Shown: positions 37,961 through 48,117, counted from the first letter of the stretch. The stretch: DNA of 64,000 nucleotides from Myxococcota bacterium (GCA_039028615.1 JBCCHT010000009.1:128001-192000); one strand, 5' to 3'. The notes: generated by a model from the sequence alone, not told the origin. Made by a program: numbers and translations.

Positions 37961-38359
37961 ATGGAGCGGCGATCCGATTGCCCCATCAGCTTCGCGCTGG
38001 ATCTCTTCGGCGATCGGTGGAGCCTGCTCGTGGTGCGCGACCTGGCGCTCAAGGGCAAGCACTCGTTCTCCGAGCTGGCTGCCTCCGACGAGGGCGTCGC
38101 GACCAACGTGCTGTCCGATCGCCTGGCGCGACTCGAAGAGGCGGGCGTCATCCTCAAGTCGCGCGATCCGGCCGACGGGCGGCGCTATGTCTATCGGTTG
38201 TCGGGGGCGGGCAAGGACCTGCTGCCCGTGCTCGTGGAGCTCATCGTCTGGAGTGCGACGCACGACGACGCCACGGCGGCCCCGGCCTCGTTCGTGCGTG
38301 CGGCGAAGCGCGACCGCGAGGGCCTGCTTCGCCGCCTGCGCGCCTCGCTCGACGACTGA
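37961..38359 (+). CDS. HxlR-family winged-helix regulator
   Basis: RSDCPISFALDLFGDRWSLLVVRDL, TNVLSDRL, YRLS..GKDL. Confidence 0.93.
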   Translation: MERRSDCPISFALDLFGDRWSLLVVRDLALKGKHSFSELAASDEGVATNVLSDRLARLEEAGVILKSRDPADGRRYVYRLSGAGKDLLPVLVELIVWSATHDDATAAPASFVRAAKRDREGLLRRLRASLDD

Positions 38360-38379
38360 GCGGGGGTGGGCTCAGCCGC

Positions 38380-38862
38380 CTACGGGTTGTTCTTGGCCCA
38401 CTGCGGCAGTCGCGTGGTGACGACCCGGGTGCCGCTCCAGGAGTCGTGCCACATGCGCCCGCTGCTGCTGAACGCGGAGAACGCCTCGAAGGGCACGAGG
38501 CGAGCGAAGCTGCGGCCCAGCACCTTGAGGAAGGTGGGCGCGCTGCCGTCGTCGGTGACGACCCGAGTGCCCGCCAGATACTTGCCCGGGGTGCGGCCGA
38601 GCGTGGTCTCGAACAAGACGTAGTAGGTGACCATGAAGATCACGCCGAGCACGAAATCGGGGACGCTCATGAGGGCCTCGGCTCCGCCGATGATCGCGAG
38701 GCCGAAGCCCGCGATGAAGCCGAAGATCATCGTGCCGATATAGTCGATGATGAAGGTCAGGAAGCGCTGACCCGTGGATGCATCGATGAGTTCGGGGTGA
38801 TCGTCTTGCGGGGTGTACTCGGACTCCGCCTGCGGGGCGGCGTATGGATTGGGGGCTTCCAT
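38380..38862 (-). CDS. RDD family membrane protein
   Basis: NPYAAP, RFLTFIID, GRTPGK, WHDSWSGTRVV. Confidence 0.88.
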   Translation of the reverse strand: MEAPNPYAAPQAESEYTPQDDHPELIDASTGQRFLTFIIDYIGTMIFGFIAGFGLAIIGGAEALMSVPDFVLGVIFMVTYYVLFETTLGRTPGKYLAGTRVVTDDGSAPTFLKVLGRSFARLVPFEAFSAFSSSGRMWHDSWSGTRVVTTRLPQWAKNNP

Positions 38863-39100
38863 CCAGCCAGGGGTCGCCGAACCTCGCGCACTGTCAAGCC
38901 GAGCGTCCTCGATCGGCGCGATCGTGCCGGGCCGCGGGTCCGATCGGGCGGTCGGCCGAACCGAGGCGACGAGCGGCGCCATCGAACCCCGTGTGTCGGG
39001 TGTGGGGGCCGGGTTCGACGACGAGACGTGATCGGCCATGCACGGCCTCCGGACGAGCGTTGCCGCTGCCGGCCGGCGGCCCGTATGCTGGGACGCGACC

Positions 39101-41953
39101 GTGGCCGACACGCCGGAACCCGAGCGCTCGCTCGCGACGATCCTGAGCGAGCTACGACCCGAGGCGTCCGGGCTGGGCGCGCGGCAGACCAAGGCGAAGG
39201 TGCTCGAGCGATTCGGGGCCGCCACCGCGCCCAGTCGCCTCGATCGCTACACGATCCTGCACGAGCTGGGTCGTGGCGGCTGGGGAGTCGTGTACGCCGC
39301 GTACGACACTCGGCTGCAGCGAAGGGTGGCGCTCAAGTTGTTGCATGAGCGGCTGACGGGCGAGCGCCCCGACCAGCTGCTGCACGAGGCTCAGGCCATG
39401 GCTCGCCTGTCCCATCGCAACGTGGTGGCCGTGCACGACGTGGGGGAAGACGACGGCCAGATGTTCGTGGTGATGGACCTGGTCGAAGGGGTGAGCATGC
39501 ATCAGTGGCTCGCCCGGAAGCGCCCGCCCTGGCCCGCCATCGTGGAGCGCTTCATCGAAGCGGGCCGCGGTCTGCAGGGCGCCCACGAGGCGGGGTTGGT
39601 GCACCGGGACTTCAAGCCCTCCAACGTGTTGATGGGCGATGATGGTCGCGTGCAGGTCACCGACTTCGGGGTGGCCGCGCGTCAGGTCGATCTGCAGGGC
39701 CCGCGGGCGCCCGCGGGCACGGTGGGACTGCAGGCGCCCGAGATCCTCGCCGAGGGGCCAGTGGGGGCGGCGGCGGATCAGTTCAGCTTCTGCGCGTCGC
39801 TGCGGCAGGCCCTCGAGACCGCGTCGGGACCCTCGGCGCCCCCGTGGCTCGAGCACGTCATCGCGCGCGGGGTCCAGGAGCGGCCCGAGGATCGCTGGCC
39901 TTCGATGCAGGAGCTGCTCGATGCGCTCGACGATCGGCTGCGTGGCGGTGCGCGTCGGCGGCAGGCGATCGGGCTCGGCGCGCTGGGGGCGGTGACCATG
40001 GCCGGAGCGGTGGGTCTATGGGCGGGGGCGGCCCCGACCGCGTGCGAGAGTGCGGCCACGGGCACACGAAACTCGGTGCAGGCGGCCGATGCTTCGATTC
40101 GACAGGCCTTCGTCACCGCGTCGCCCGAGCGTGGTGAAGCGCGGTGGAACGCCGCGCGGACCCGTCTCAATGCGTTTGCCCGTGAGATCGGCGATCAGCG
40201 GCTCGATGCCTGCGCCGAGCCTCCGACCGACGACGAGCGGCGTCGACAGATCTGCCTCGATCGGCGCGGGTGGGAGCTCGACTCGTTGCTCGATGTCCTG
40301 CAGAGCGCCGAGCCAGGGGTGGTGGAGCACGCCACCATGGCGGTCACGCTGCTGGTCGAAGGCCGACCGTGCACCGATGCGGTGGTGGGGCCTCCCTTGC
40401 CCACGCGGGAGCAGTACACCCGCACGCTGCCGGCCCAGCAGCGACTGGCCCGCGCCAAGGAACTCCAGCACGCGGGGCAGTACGCCGCCGCGCTCGAGCA
40501 AGCCGAGGTCGCGCTGAGCGGGGCCGAAGGGGCGGGCTACGAACCATTGGTGGCCGAGGCGGGCTACCGCCGTGCGATCCAGCTGGTGTTCTTGGGCCGC
40601 TACGCGGAGGCACGCGAGCAGCTCGTGCGCACCTTGGCGTCGGCCGAGCGAGGTCGTCACGACCACTTCGTGAGCTGGTCGCAGATCCTGCTGGCCTCGG
40701 TCGATGGCTTCTATCGGGGCCAGCCTGCGGCTGGTCGAGCGTGGGCCGAAGCGGCGCGTGCCAGCATCTCGGGTCTCGATGACGATCCGTTGTTGCTGGG
40801 GGCATTGCTCGGCACGCAGGGCGCCATCGCTCGAGCCGAAGGCGACTACACGCGGGCGCTCGACTACGCCGAGCGGGCGCTCGCCGCTCGTCGGGCGTCG
40901 CTGCCCGAGCACCACCCGTATGTGGGGGCGGCCCTGCTGCTCGTGGGGAACGTGCGCTACGAGAGGGGAGAACACGACGCCGCGCTGGATGTCTACGAGC
41001 AGGCGCTGGCCATTCGTACCGACGCGTTGGGCCCCGATCACTCCGAGACCGGCGTGGCCCACAACAACGTGGCCTTGCCCTTGATGGCGCTGCAACGAAC
41101 GCAAGAGGCCGACGCCCACCTGCGACGGGCCCTGGAGATCTGGTCGCGCACGCCCAGCGACGTGATGCACGTGCTGCGGGCTCGCTACAATCGGCTTCAG
41201 ATCGCGATCACCGAGCGACGACTCGAACAGGCCCACCAGGGGCTCGCGGCGCTGCGGGACGACATCGAGGCCCAGGCGCCCGACAACCTCGGCTTGCTCG
41301 CCAACACCGAGACGTCACTGGCCTCCGTGTCGATCGAGCGAGGGGACTTCGAGGGGGCGCGGCGCCACCTCGAGGCCGCGCGGGCGCGGACGCCCGCCGA
41401 GCACCCCGGGCACGGAGACATCGAAGGCCGGCTAGGGGAGCTCGCGCTCGCGCAACGAGACTTCGCTCGGGCGCGGACCCACTCGAGCCGGGCTCTCGAG
41501 ATCGCCCGCGTTTCCTACGAAGCCGAGGCGCCCGCGGTGCTCGGGGCCCGGGTGGCGTTGGCGTCTGCGGAGTGCGAAGGGGGCGAGCTCAATGCCGCCG
41601 CGCTGGCCGAGCTCATGGTGCTGCGGGAGCTGGCCGGGCACGCGCCGTCGGCTCCGCTGCGCCGAATCGACGTCGACCAACGGATCGTGCGCTGTCACGT
41701 CGCGGGAGGGCGACCCGAGGATGCTCGGGCATGGTTCGCGAAGCTCGAGGAGCCCACGCCCGACGAGCCGGCGTTCGATGTCTCGAGTCGGGCGCTGGCC
41801 GAGCTGTGGTCGCTGCAGGCCGAGCGGGCGTTGGGCTCGCTGGGCACCGACTGCGCCGCCCGTCTGAAGCGGGTCGAGCTCGCCCTCGGCCCGTCCCGGC
41901 CGCGCTACGCCTCCTGGCTCGATGAGCTTCGCGAGTGTGATACGAATCGGTGA
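39101..41953 (+). CDS. Membrane Ser/Thr protein kinase with TPR repeats
   Basis: GRGGWG, VALK, HRDFKPSN, DFG, APE; TM helix; ALAIR..ALGPDH TPRs; start uncertain (39038-39101). Confidence 0.9.
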   Translation: MADTPEPERSLATILSELRPEASGLGARQTKAKVLERFGAATAPSRLDRYTILHELGRGGWGVVYAAYDTRLQRRVALKLLHERLTGERPDQLLHEAQAMARLSHRNVVAVHDVGEDDGQMFVVMDLVEGVSMHQWLARKRPPWPAIVERFIEAGRGLQGAHEAGLVHRDFKPSNVLMGDDGRVQVTDFGVAARQVDLQGPRAPAGTVGLQAPEILAEGPVGAAADQFSFCASLRQALETASGPSAPPWLEHVIARGVQERPEDRWPSMQELLDALDDRLRGGARRRQAIGLGALGAVTMAGAVGLWAGAAPTACESAATGTRNSVQAADASIRQAFVTASPERGEARWNAARTRLNAFAREIGDQRLDACAEPPTDDERRRQICLDRRGWELDSLLDVLQSAEPGVVEHATMAVTLLVEGRPCTDAVVGPPLPTREQYTRTLPAQQRLARAKELQHAGQYAAALEQAEVALSGAEGAGYEPLVAEAGYRRAIQLVFLGRYAEAREQLVRTLASAERGRHDHFVSWSQILLASVDGFYRGQPAAGRAWAEAARASISGLDDDPLLLGALLGTQGAIARAEGDYTRALDYAERALAARRASLPEHHPYVGAALLLVGNVRYERGEHDAALDVYEQALAIRTDALGPDHSETGVAHNNVALPLMALQRTQEADAHLRRALEIWSRTPSDVMHVLRARYNRLQIAITERRLEQAHQGLAALRDDIEAQAPDNLGLLANTETSLASVSIERGDFEGARRHLEAARARTPAEHPGHGDIEGRLGELALAQRDFARARTHSSRALEIARVSYEAEAPAVLGARVALASAECEGGELNAAALAELMVLRELAGHAPSAPLRRIDVDQRIVRCHVAGGRPEDARAWFAKLEEPTPDEPAFDVSSRALAELWSLQAERALGSLGTDCAARLKRVELALGPSRPRYASWLDELRECDTNR

Positions 41954-42573
41954 TGCCCGACGACGCTGCCTTGCTCGCTCGCTGGTCGTCGGGAGACACG
42001 ACCGCGGCGCAGCAGCTCGTCCAGCGCTATTTCGACGGTCTGTACCGGTTCTTTCGCAACAAGGTGCAGGACGACATCGACGACCTGATCCACGACGTGT
42101 TGCTCGCGTGCCTCGAGCGTCGCGAGGAGCTGTCGCAGTGGCGGAGCTTCCGGGCCTACGTGTTCGCGATGGCGCGCCACCGCCTCTACGCCCGCTTCCG
42201 CGCCAACCTGCGCGAGGCCGAGATCTTCGATCCCGGGGTGACCTCGGTCGCCCGACTCACCCCGGGGATCAGCAGCGTGGCTGCGGCGGCCCAGCTCCAA
42301 CAGCGGCTGCTCGACGCGCTGCAGGCCATCCCGCTCGAGCTCCAGATCGCCCTGGAGCTGCGCTACTGGGAAGGGCTCACCGGACCCGAGCTCGCCGAGA
42401 CGCTGGGCATCCCCGAAGGCACCGTCCGCAGTCGAGTCCGGCGCGGCATCGAGGCCCTGCGCGAGCAATTCGAGGCCTCGGGTGAACCGGGCCTCGGCCG
42501 CCCCGACTTCGAGGCCTGGGCGGCTGAGCTCGCGGCGGCCAGCCCCGCCGCGCCGCCCTCCAAGGGGCCGTGA
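41953..42573 (+). CDS. ECF sigma-70 factor coupled to the kinase gene
   Basis: LYRFFRNKV..DDLIHDV, SFRAYVFAMAR, ELRYWEGL..ELAETLGIPEGTVRSR; overlaps the kinase stop. Confidence 0.92.
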   Translation: MPDDAALLARWSSGDTTAAQQLVQRYFDGLYRFFRNKVQDDIDDLIHDVLLACLERREELSQWRSFRAYVFAMARHRLYARFRANLREAEIFDPGVTSVARLTPGISSVAAAAQLQQRLLDALQAIPLELQIALELRYWEGLTGPELAETLGIPEGTVRSRVRRGIEALREQFEASGEPGLGRPDFEAWAAELAAASPAAPPSKGP

Positions 42574-42594
42574 CTCGAGACGAGTGGGGGCCCG

Positions 42595-43536
42595 CTACTC
42601 GGGAATCCCACAGTAGCCGATGTGCTCGGCACCCGGCGGCACCTCGCCTTCGGCGTACCAGGGGATGCACTCCTGGCCGCTGGACTGACCCTCGCACTGC
42701 GCGTCGGGATCGGCGTCGGTGAGGTCACAGAGGCTCGAGCAGCACAGCGCGCTCTCGCAGCCGGGCACGATGGCCGCGGGGGCGCAGAACAGGCCCGGGT
42801 TGCAGACGTTGATGTACTCGCACGCGTCCCCGTACTCGCCCTGCTCACCGCTGTAGTCGGGGTAGCACGCGAACTCGCCGTCCACGCCCGGGTAGCACGC
42901 CTCCAGCTCGGCCGGGCAATCTTGAAGGAGCGGATCGCACACGGGCAGGCAGAGGATCAGCACTCCGTCGGAGGTGATCGTGCAGGCCGTGCTCGCATCG
43001 GAGCAGGTCGGTGCCTCGGGGCTGCCCTCGCAGAACGCCACGCAGGTGCCCTGGTTGGTCTCGGGGTCGATGTTCCAGCACATCGATCCGACGCCGCAGT
43101 CGTCGACGCCGGAGAGCCCACCGCCCTCGGCGAGGCAGCCGTCGCCCGGCTGTCCCGGGTTGTCGGCCACGGGCACGCAGCGGGTCGCATTCCAGGCGAT
43201 GCCGCCGTCGGAGGCCCACGCCGTGCACTTTTCTCCATCGGGGCAGTCCTGGGTCCAGACGTCGCATTCCACCGTGCTGCCCACGTCGGGCTCGGCGATG
43301 AAGTCCGACGAGGTCATCCCGCTCTCGCCGTCGCCCGGAGTCGCTCCGGTTCCGTCGGCGCTGGCGTTGCCCGTGTCTGCACCGTCGCCCGCGCTCGGGC
43401 CCGTGTCTGCGCTGCCCGTGTCCGCTTCGGGTAGCGGGGTCGTGCCGCCCGTTTGGCGACCGTCGTTACCCGAGTCACAACCCGCGACGATCAGTACCGC
43501 CGCCCCCACGATGAACATCCCTTGCCTGATTCGCAT
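42595..43536 (-). CDS. Cys-rich myxobacterial lipoprotein
   Basis: GAGGAGGAG RBS; lipobox LIVAGC; CDVWTQDCPDGEKC..WN..C, CDPLLQDC, CCSSLCD. Confidence 0.85.
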   Translation of the reverse strand: MRIRQGMFIVGAAVLIVAGCDSGNDGRQTGGTTPLPEADTGSADTGPSAGDGADTGNASADGTGATPGDGESGMTSSDFIAEPDVGSTVECDVWTQDCPDGEKCTAWASDGGIAWNATRCVPVADNPGQPGDGCLAEGGGLSGVDDCGVGSMCWNIDPETNQGTCVAFCEGSPEAPTCSDASTACTITSDGVLILCLPVCDPLLQDCPAELEACYPGVDGEFACYPDYSGEQGEYGDACEYINVCNPGLFCAPAAIVPGCESALCCSSLCDLTDADPDAQCEGQSSGQECIPWYAEGEVPPGAEHIGYCGIPE

Positions 43537-43673
43537 CGATGGCTCCTCCTCCACTCGTTCCGGGCGGCGAAGAGTCGCGAGGCCGAGATTCGATCACGAC
43601 TATTTTCGTTTTTTTCGAGGCGCCCGCGATCGCACGGTGCAAGCCGTTGCGCAGGGCGACGCGGTGGAGGTCG

Positions 43674-45488
43674 TCAGGCGGCGGGAGAGGTGCCGCTGAC
43701 TTCGTCCCGGCGACGATGGCGAGCCGGCTTCGGGGCGTCGGGCTCCGCATCTTCGGGGGCGTTCGATCGCCCGGAGAGCGTCAGCCCGCCTTCGTGCGCG
43801 CTCGACCGAGCGGGGGCCGAGCCGCCCAGCGGAGCGCGCCCGTGCAGCGCTCGCGCCACCGTTTTCCGCAGCAGCGCGGTGGGAATGGGCTTGGTGAGCA
43901 CGGGCTGCCCGCACGACTCGGTGAAGCGAGCGGCGGCCTCGGTGAACGCCCCGCCGGTCATGAACACGAAGCGATCGACCAGCGCGGGATAGCGGGTCTG
44001 GACGTTGCCGTACAGGTCCATGCCCGTCATGTCCGGCATCATCAAATCGCAGAGCACCAGATCGAAGTGCGGGTCGTGGCCGAACAGCTCCAGCGTCTGG
44101 TGGCCGCTGTCGACGATGACCACGTCGTGCTGACGACGGAGGAGCCGGCCGATGGCGCTGCCTACCAGGGGGTCGTCGTCCACGAGCAGGATGCGGGCTC
44201 GACCCAGCACGGCGGGGTTGGAGTCGGGCTCTTCCGCCGCGGTCTCGGGCTTGGTCGCGGGCAGTCGCACCACGAACTCGGTGCCGAGCCCCATTCGTGT
44301 GCTGAAGTCGATCTCGCCCGCGAGCTCGTCGACGATGCGCTTGCAGACGGGAAGCCCCAGCCCCGTGCCGCCTCGGTTTTGCTTGGTGGTGTAAAAGGCC
44401 TCGAAGAGTCGCTCGCGATCCTCGGCGGGGATGCCCTGGCCCGTGTCCTTGATGCGGATGACCACCCGATCGCCCTCGAGGGTGGTGCGCACGTGGATGC
44501 GGTTGGCGGCAGCTTGCCCGGCGTCGATGGCCTGCGCGGCGTTGGTCAGCAAGTTGACGAAGAGCTGGATGAGGCGCCGCGGGTTGGCCCGCACGGTGGC
44601 GCGGGACTCGAGATCGGACTCGAGGCGCGCGTGGTGGCGGATCTCGTTGTAGGCCATGCGCATCGCCTCGCGTAGGGCGTCGTCGATGGAGGCGTCGGAA
44701 ATCTCGTCGGTGGGGCGCGTGACGGTGAGCAGGTCGGTGACGATCTGGCGGATCCTGTCGGCACCGGAGATGGCCTGCTCGAGCGCCTCGTCCACGGGGC
44801 GCCAGCGGCCCGCCTCGGGCAGCGAGTCGCGTAGATACTCGAGGTTCGAGGACACGTAGGTCAGCGGGTTGTTGATCTCGTGGCTGACCTCGGCTGCCAT
44901 GCGGCCCATGGTGGCGAGCTCCTCGGCTCGGGCACGCATTCGCTCGCTCACCGCCAGCTCGCGAGCGATGCGGGCTCGCTCGCGGACCTCGGCGAGCTCG
45001 CGCTCGCGCTCGCGTCGAAACAAGGTGCTGCCCGCGATGGCCAACGATCCGACCAGGGCCGTCTGCCCGATCCACTGCGAGTTCTCGGTGAACGAAAGGT
45101 CGGCATCGACGGCGAGCACGACGACGCCGCACAGCGCTGCCACCGAGCACGTCGTGGACACGAGGGGGTCGTTGGGCGAGACCACCAGGTACATCAGCGG
45201 CAGGGCCATCACCCAGACCATGCCGCTGGAGTTCACGCCGCCGGAGTCGAACGTCGCCACGGTCAACGCCGCCGCCGAGGCCACCCCGCTGAGCGCCGCG
45301 AGCCAGCGGTTGAGTCGACCGCGGCGACCGGACACCAACCCGGTGCCGACGAGCATGGCCGCCCAGATCGCGGACAGGAACGGGTCGACGCCGAACACGT
45401 GCTCGGGGTGGATGAGCCCGTGCACGAACACGACGACACCCGCGAACACGAACAACCACCGCCGTGGGTCGATGTCCCGGGTCTTCAT
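43674..45488 (-). CDS. Hybrid membrane sensor histidine kinase / receiver protein
   Basis: N-terminal TMs; HEINNPL H-box, NLLTNA, DTGQGI, FYTTK, GTGLGL; receiver ILLVDDD..DLMMP..FMTG..KP. Confidence 0.93.
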   Translation of the reverse strand: MKTRDIDPRRWLFVFAGVVVFVHGLIHPEHVFGVDPFLSAIWAAMLVGTGLVSGRRGRLNRWLAALSGVASAAALTVATFDSGGVNSSGMVWVMALPLMYLVVSPNDPLVSTTCSVAALCGVVVLAVDADLSFTENSQWIGQTALVGSLAIAGSTLFRRERERELAEVRERARIARELAVSERMRARAEELATMGRMAAEVSHEINNPLTYVSSNLEYLRDSLPEAGRWRPVDEALEQAISGADRIRQIVTDLLTVTRPTDEISDASIDDALREAMRMAYNEIRHHARLESDLESRATVRANPRRLIQLFVNLLTNAAQAIDAGQAAANRIHVRTTLEGDRVVIRIKDTGQGIPAEDRERLFEAFYTTKQNRGGTGLGLPVCKRIVDELAGEIDFSTRMGLGTEFVVRLPATKPETAAEEPDSNPAVLGRARILLVDDDPLVGSAIGRLLRRQHDVVIVDSGHQTLELFGHDPHFDLVLCDLMMPDMTGMDLYGNVQTRYPALVDRFVFMTGGAFTEAAARFTESCGQPVLTKPIPTALLRKTVARALHGRAPLGGSAPARSSAHEGGLTLSGRSNAPEDAEPDAPKPARHRRRDEVSGTSPAA

Positions 45489-45694
45489 GCCGAGGCTGCG
45501 CAGCACGTGATCGGGATAGTACTAGATTGTGAAACTTGAGTATTTCCCATTACGGGAAAATTGGGATCTAATGCTCGGGAGCGAGAGCGCTCGTTTTCGC
45601 TCTTGACCGCTGAACAGCAGCTGACGCCATCGATCAGGAGGCTGCGTGGCTCCGGCTTGTCCGGCCGAAACAGCCACAACATACTCGAGAGCGG

Positions 45695-47317
45695 ATGGAA
45701 GGGTGCCGGCCATGGTGGTTGCTGTTGGGGGCAGTGTCGGCGTGTGGTGCCGACGGCAGCCCGCCGCATTTGGTCGATCCGGGGCCCCAGGTCGCGGTGG
45801 TCGCCGAGCCCCTGCAGCTGACGTTGCAGGCCGCCGACGCCGACGGTGATCCGCTCGAGTACACGTTCGGGTCGGCCACCATCGAGAACCTGGAGGACAA
45901 CGCCGAGCTGCTGGTCGTGCCCGATGGGTCGGGGCTGTTCACGTGGACTCCCGTCGCCGCCGATCTCGGAGCGCACTCGATCTTGTTCTCGGTGTCGGAC
46001 GGAGAGCACGAGACCGGTCGCACGGTGGCGATCGAGGTTCGTGGTGCGGTGGGGGAGGGCAGTGCCCCCGTGTTTCGCAAGCCGCTGGGCGAAGGACTCG
46101 TGCACGACCTGCTGGATGCTCCGTGCATCCCTCCCGTGGACATCGAGATCCACGACCCCGACGACACCGAGATCGATCTGCGATTGCTGCCGCCCTTCGT
46201 CGACGGGGTCGAGCTGACGGTGACGGACGGCGGCCGGGCGGGGCGTCTTTCGTGGTGCCCCGACGCGAGCCAGCGCGAGGCCGCGGGGCGCATCGATCTA
46301 GTGATGTCGGCGGACGACGGCGACAACCCTCCCACGCTGCGGCACTTCACCGTGCTGCTGGCCCGGGGTGAGGACTGTCCGTCTCAGCGGCCGCAGCTGA
46401 CCCACATGCCGGTCGACATGGAGACCCTGGCCGACCCGGTGATCGAGGTCGATGCGAGCGACGACCTCGGGTTGCTCGCGGCGCCCATCGTGTACTGGAG
46501 CACCGAGGCGGTCGAGCTCGAGGACATGGAGCCCCGCTTCATGGAGCTCGCTCAGGGCGATCTGCAAGGGGGGCGTTTCGTGGCTCGGCTGCCGAACCCC
46601 ACGATCGCGCTGGGAGCGGGTGCCAGCGCTCCGCTCTACTACCGGATCTCGGTCGGCGACGAGGACAGCTGCTTCGTGCACAGTCCCGCCGAAGGCGTGC
46701 ACGAGATCCAGATCGTCAATCCCGGCGGCGACGGAGCGTCGGCGTGCCAGCCTTGTTCTTGGGACGGGCAGTGTGGCGGTGCCGAGGACCTGTGCCTTCA
46801 GTTCGGGGTCGAGGACCGGGCGTGCGGTCGGGCCTGCGACGACTCGTCGGACTGCGGCGTGGGCTTTTCGTGTTCCCCCGAGCCGTTGACCTCGGTCGAG
46901 GGCGCGAGCGGGCGACAGTGCATCCCGGCGTCGGGGCAGTGCCCCGACCTCGCTTGCGAGGACGACGACCACGAGCCCGACGACACGCTGCGTCAGGCGC
47001 TGGGGCAACCCGCGCTCCCCGAGGGGCTGCTGCCCGGGCGACGTCTGTGTCCGCTCGACGAGGACTGGTATCGGATCGAGCTGTCGCAGTCGGCTCGCGT
47101 CCTCGCCCTCGGATCGGCATCGGCCGGCCCCGTGCTCGATCTCGGCCTGGTCGATGATGCAGGGCGGCTTCGAGCGAGCGCAGTCGACACGGAGGCCGGC
47201 GCGTCGATCGACAGCACCTGCGTTTCGGCGGGGAGCTACGCCCTACGGGTCTCCACCGGGGTGGGTGTTGCCGTCGACTATCAGCTGAGCTACGTGCTCG
47301 ATGTGGACGGGTGCTGA
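45695..47317 (+). CDS. Secreted lipoprotein with Ig/cadherin-like, Cys-rich and PPC-like domains
   Basis: Lipobox AVSAC; DADGDPLEY, FTWTP, VSDG; C..C..D.QC..C..C cluster; CEDDDHEPDD..DEDWY. Confidence 0.78.
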   Translation: MEGCRPWWLLLGAVSACGADGSPPHLVDPGPQVAVVAEPLQLTLQAADADGDPLEYTFGSATIENLEDNAELLVVPDGSGLFTWTPVAADLGAHSILFSVSDGEHETGRTVAIEVRGAVGEGSAPVFRKPLGEGLVHDLLDAPCIPPVDIEIHDPDDTEIDLRLLPPFVDGVELTVTDGGRAGRLSWCPDASQREAAGRIDLVMSADDGDNPPTLRHFTVLLARGEDCPSQRPQLTHMPVDMETLADPVIEVDASDDLGLLAAPIVYWSTEAVELEDMEPRFMELAQGDLQGGRFVARLPNPTIALGAGASAPLYYRISVGDEDSCFVHSPAEGVHEIQIVNPGGDGASACQPCSWDGQCGGAEDLCLQFGVEDRACGRACDDSSDCGVGFSCSPEPLTSVEGASGRQCIPASGQCPDLACEDDDHEPDDTLRQALGQPALPEGLLPGRRLCPLDEDWYRIELSQSARVLALGSASAGPVLDLGLVDDAGRLRASAVDTEAGASIDSTCVSAGSYALRVSTGVGVAVDYQLSYVLDVDGC

Positions 47318-47421
47318 CGGGGAGTGCAGAGCGCGGGTTCGGGCGCACATGGGAACACCCGTGTGACTTCCGTTCTCCCTTTTCATGTCACGCCAATGGT
47401 ATTTCAATGAGCACGTAGCCG

Positions 47422-48051
47422 ATGAGCCAACGTCGTTTCCCCAAACTGATACAGGACGCCATCGATCTCGCGCGGACGAAGCTGTGGGACCAGGTGCAGT
47501 GGCCCTCGCCCGAGGTGATGCATCGCCGCGGCGGGTGCTTCGAGGTCGCCGCGTACCTGCGTCAATGCTGGAGCGCCGACCAAACCAAGGACATCCTCAC
47601 CCGCTTCGGGGCCGACATTCATCCCGACGCGTGGCCGATGGGTCCGCACCTGACGCTGCACGAGTACGGCGAGACCTTCGCCAACCTCAGCGTGGGGGCC
47701 TACACCCACGTGGGGCGCGAGGTGTTCCTCGACCTGAGCGATCGGGTGATCATCGAAGACAGCGTGTCGCTCGGCATGCGCTCGATGGTCCTGACCCACC
47801 GCAACCTCGGCGAGTATCCCAACAAGCCGGCGGCCAAGCTCATCCCCAAGAAACGACGCCCCACCATCTTGCGGCGGGGGTGTTCGGTCGGGGCGGGCTG
47901 CGTGTTGCTATGCGGCGTGGAGATCGGTGAGCACGCGGTGGTCAACGCGGGCGTGGTGGTCGACCGCGACGTGCCGCCCCGCACCATCGTCACGAGCACG
48001 CGGCAGAAGGCCGACTATCAGATGCACGAGCGCTTCTTTCGGGACGTCTGA
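47422..48051 (+). CDS. Left-handed beta-helix (hexapeptide) acyltransferase
   Basis: VGAYTHVG, IEDSVSLG..VLTH, VGAGCVLLCGVEIGEHAVVNAGVVVDRDVP. Confidence 0.85.
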   Translation: MSQRRFPKLIQDAIDLARTKLWDQVQWPSPEVMHRRGGCFEVAAYLRQCWSADQTKDILTRFGADIHPDAWPMGPHLTLHEYGETFANLSVGAYTHVGREVFLDLSDRVIIEDSVSLGMRSMVLTHRNLGEYPNKPAAKLIPKKRRPTILRRGCSVGAGCVLLCGVEIGEHAVVNAGVVVDRDVPPRTIVTSTRQKADYQMHERFFRDV

Positions 48052-48061
48052 CCGACGCAAA

Positions 48062-48089
48062 GACGCCGGTCTCGAAGGAGACCGGCGTC
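48062..48089. terminator. Bidirectional intrinsic terminator between convergent genes
   Basis: 12-bp stem GACGCCGGTCTC-GAAG-GAGACCGGCGTC flanked by A and T runs. Confidence 0.8.
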
Positions 48090-48117
48090 CGTGTTTTCAC
48101 TCGGGTGACCGAGTCGC

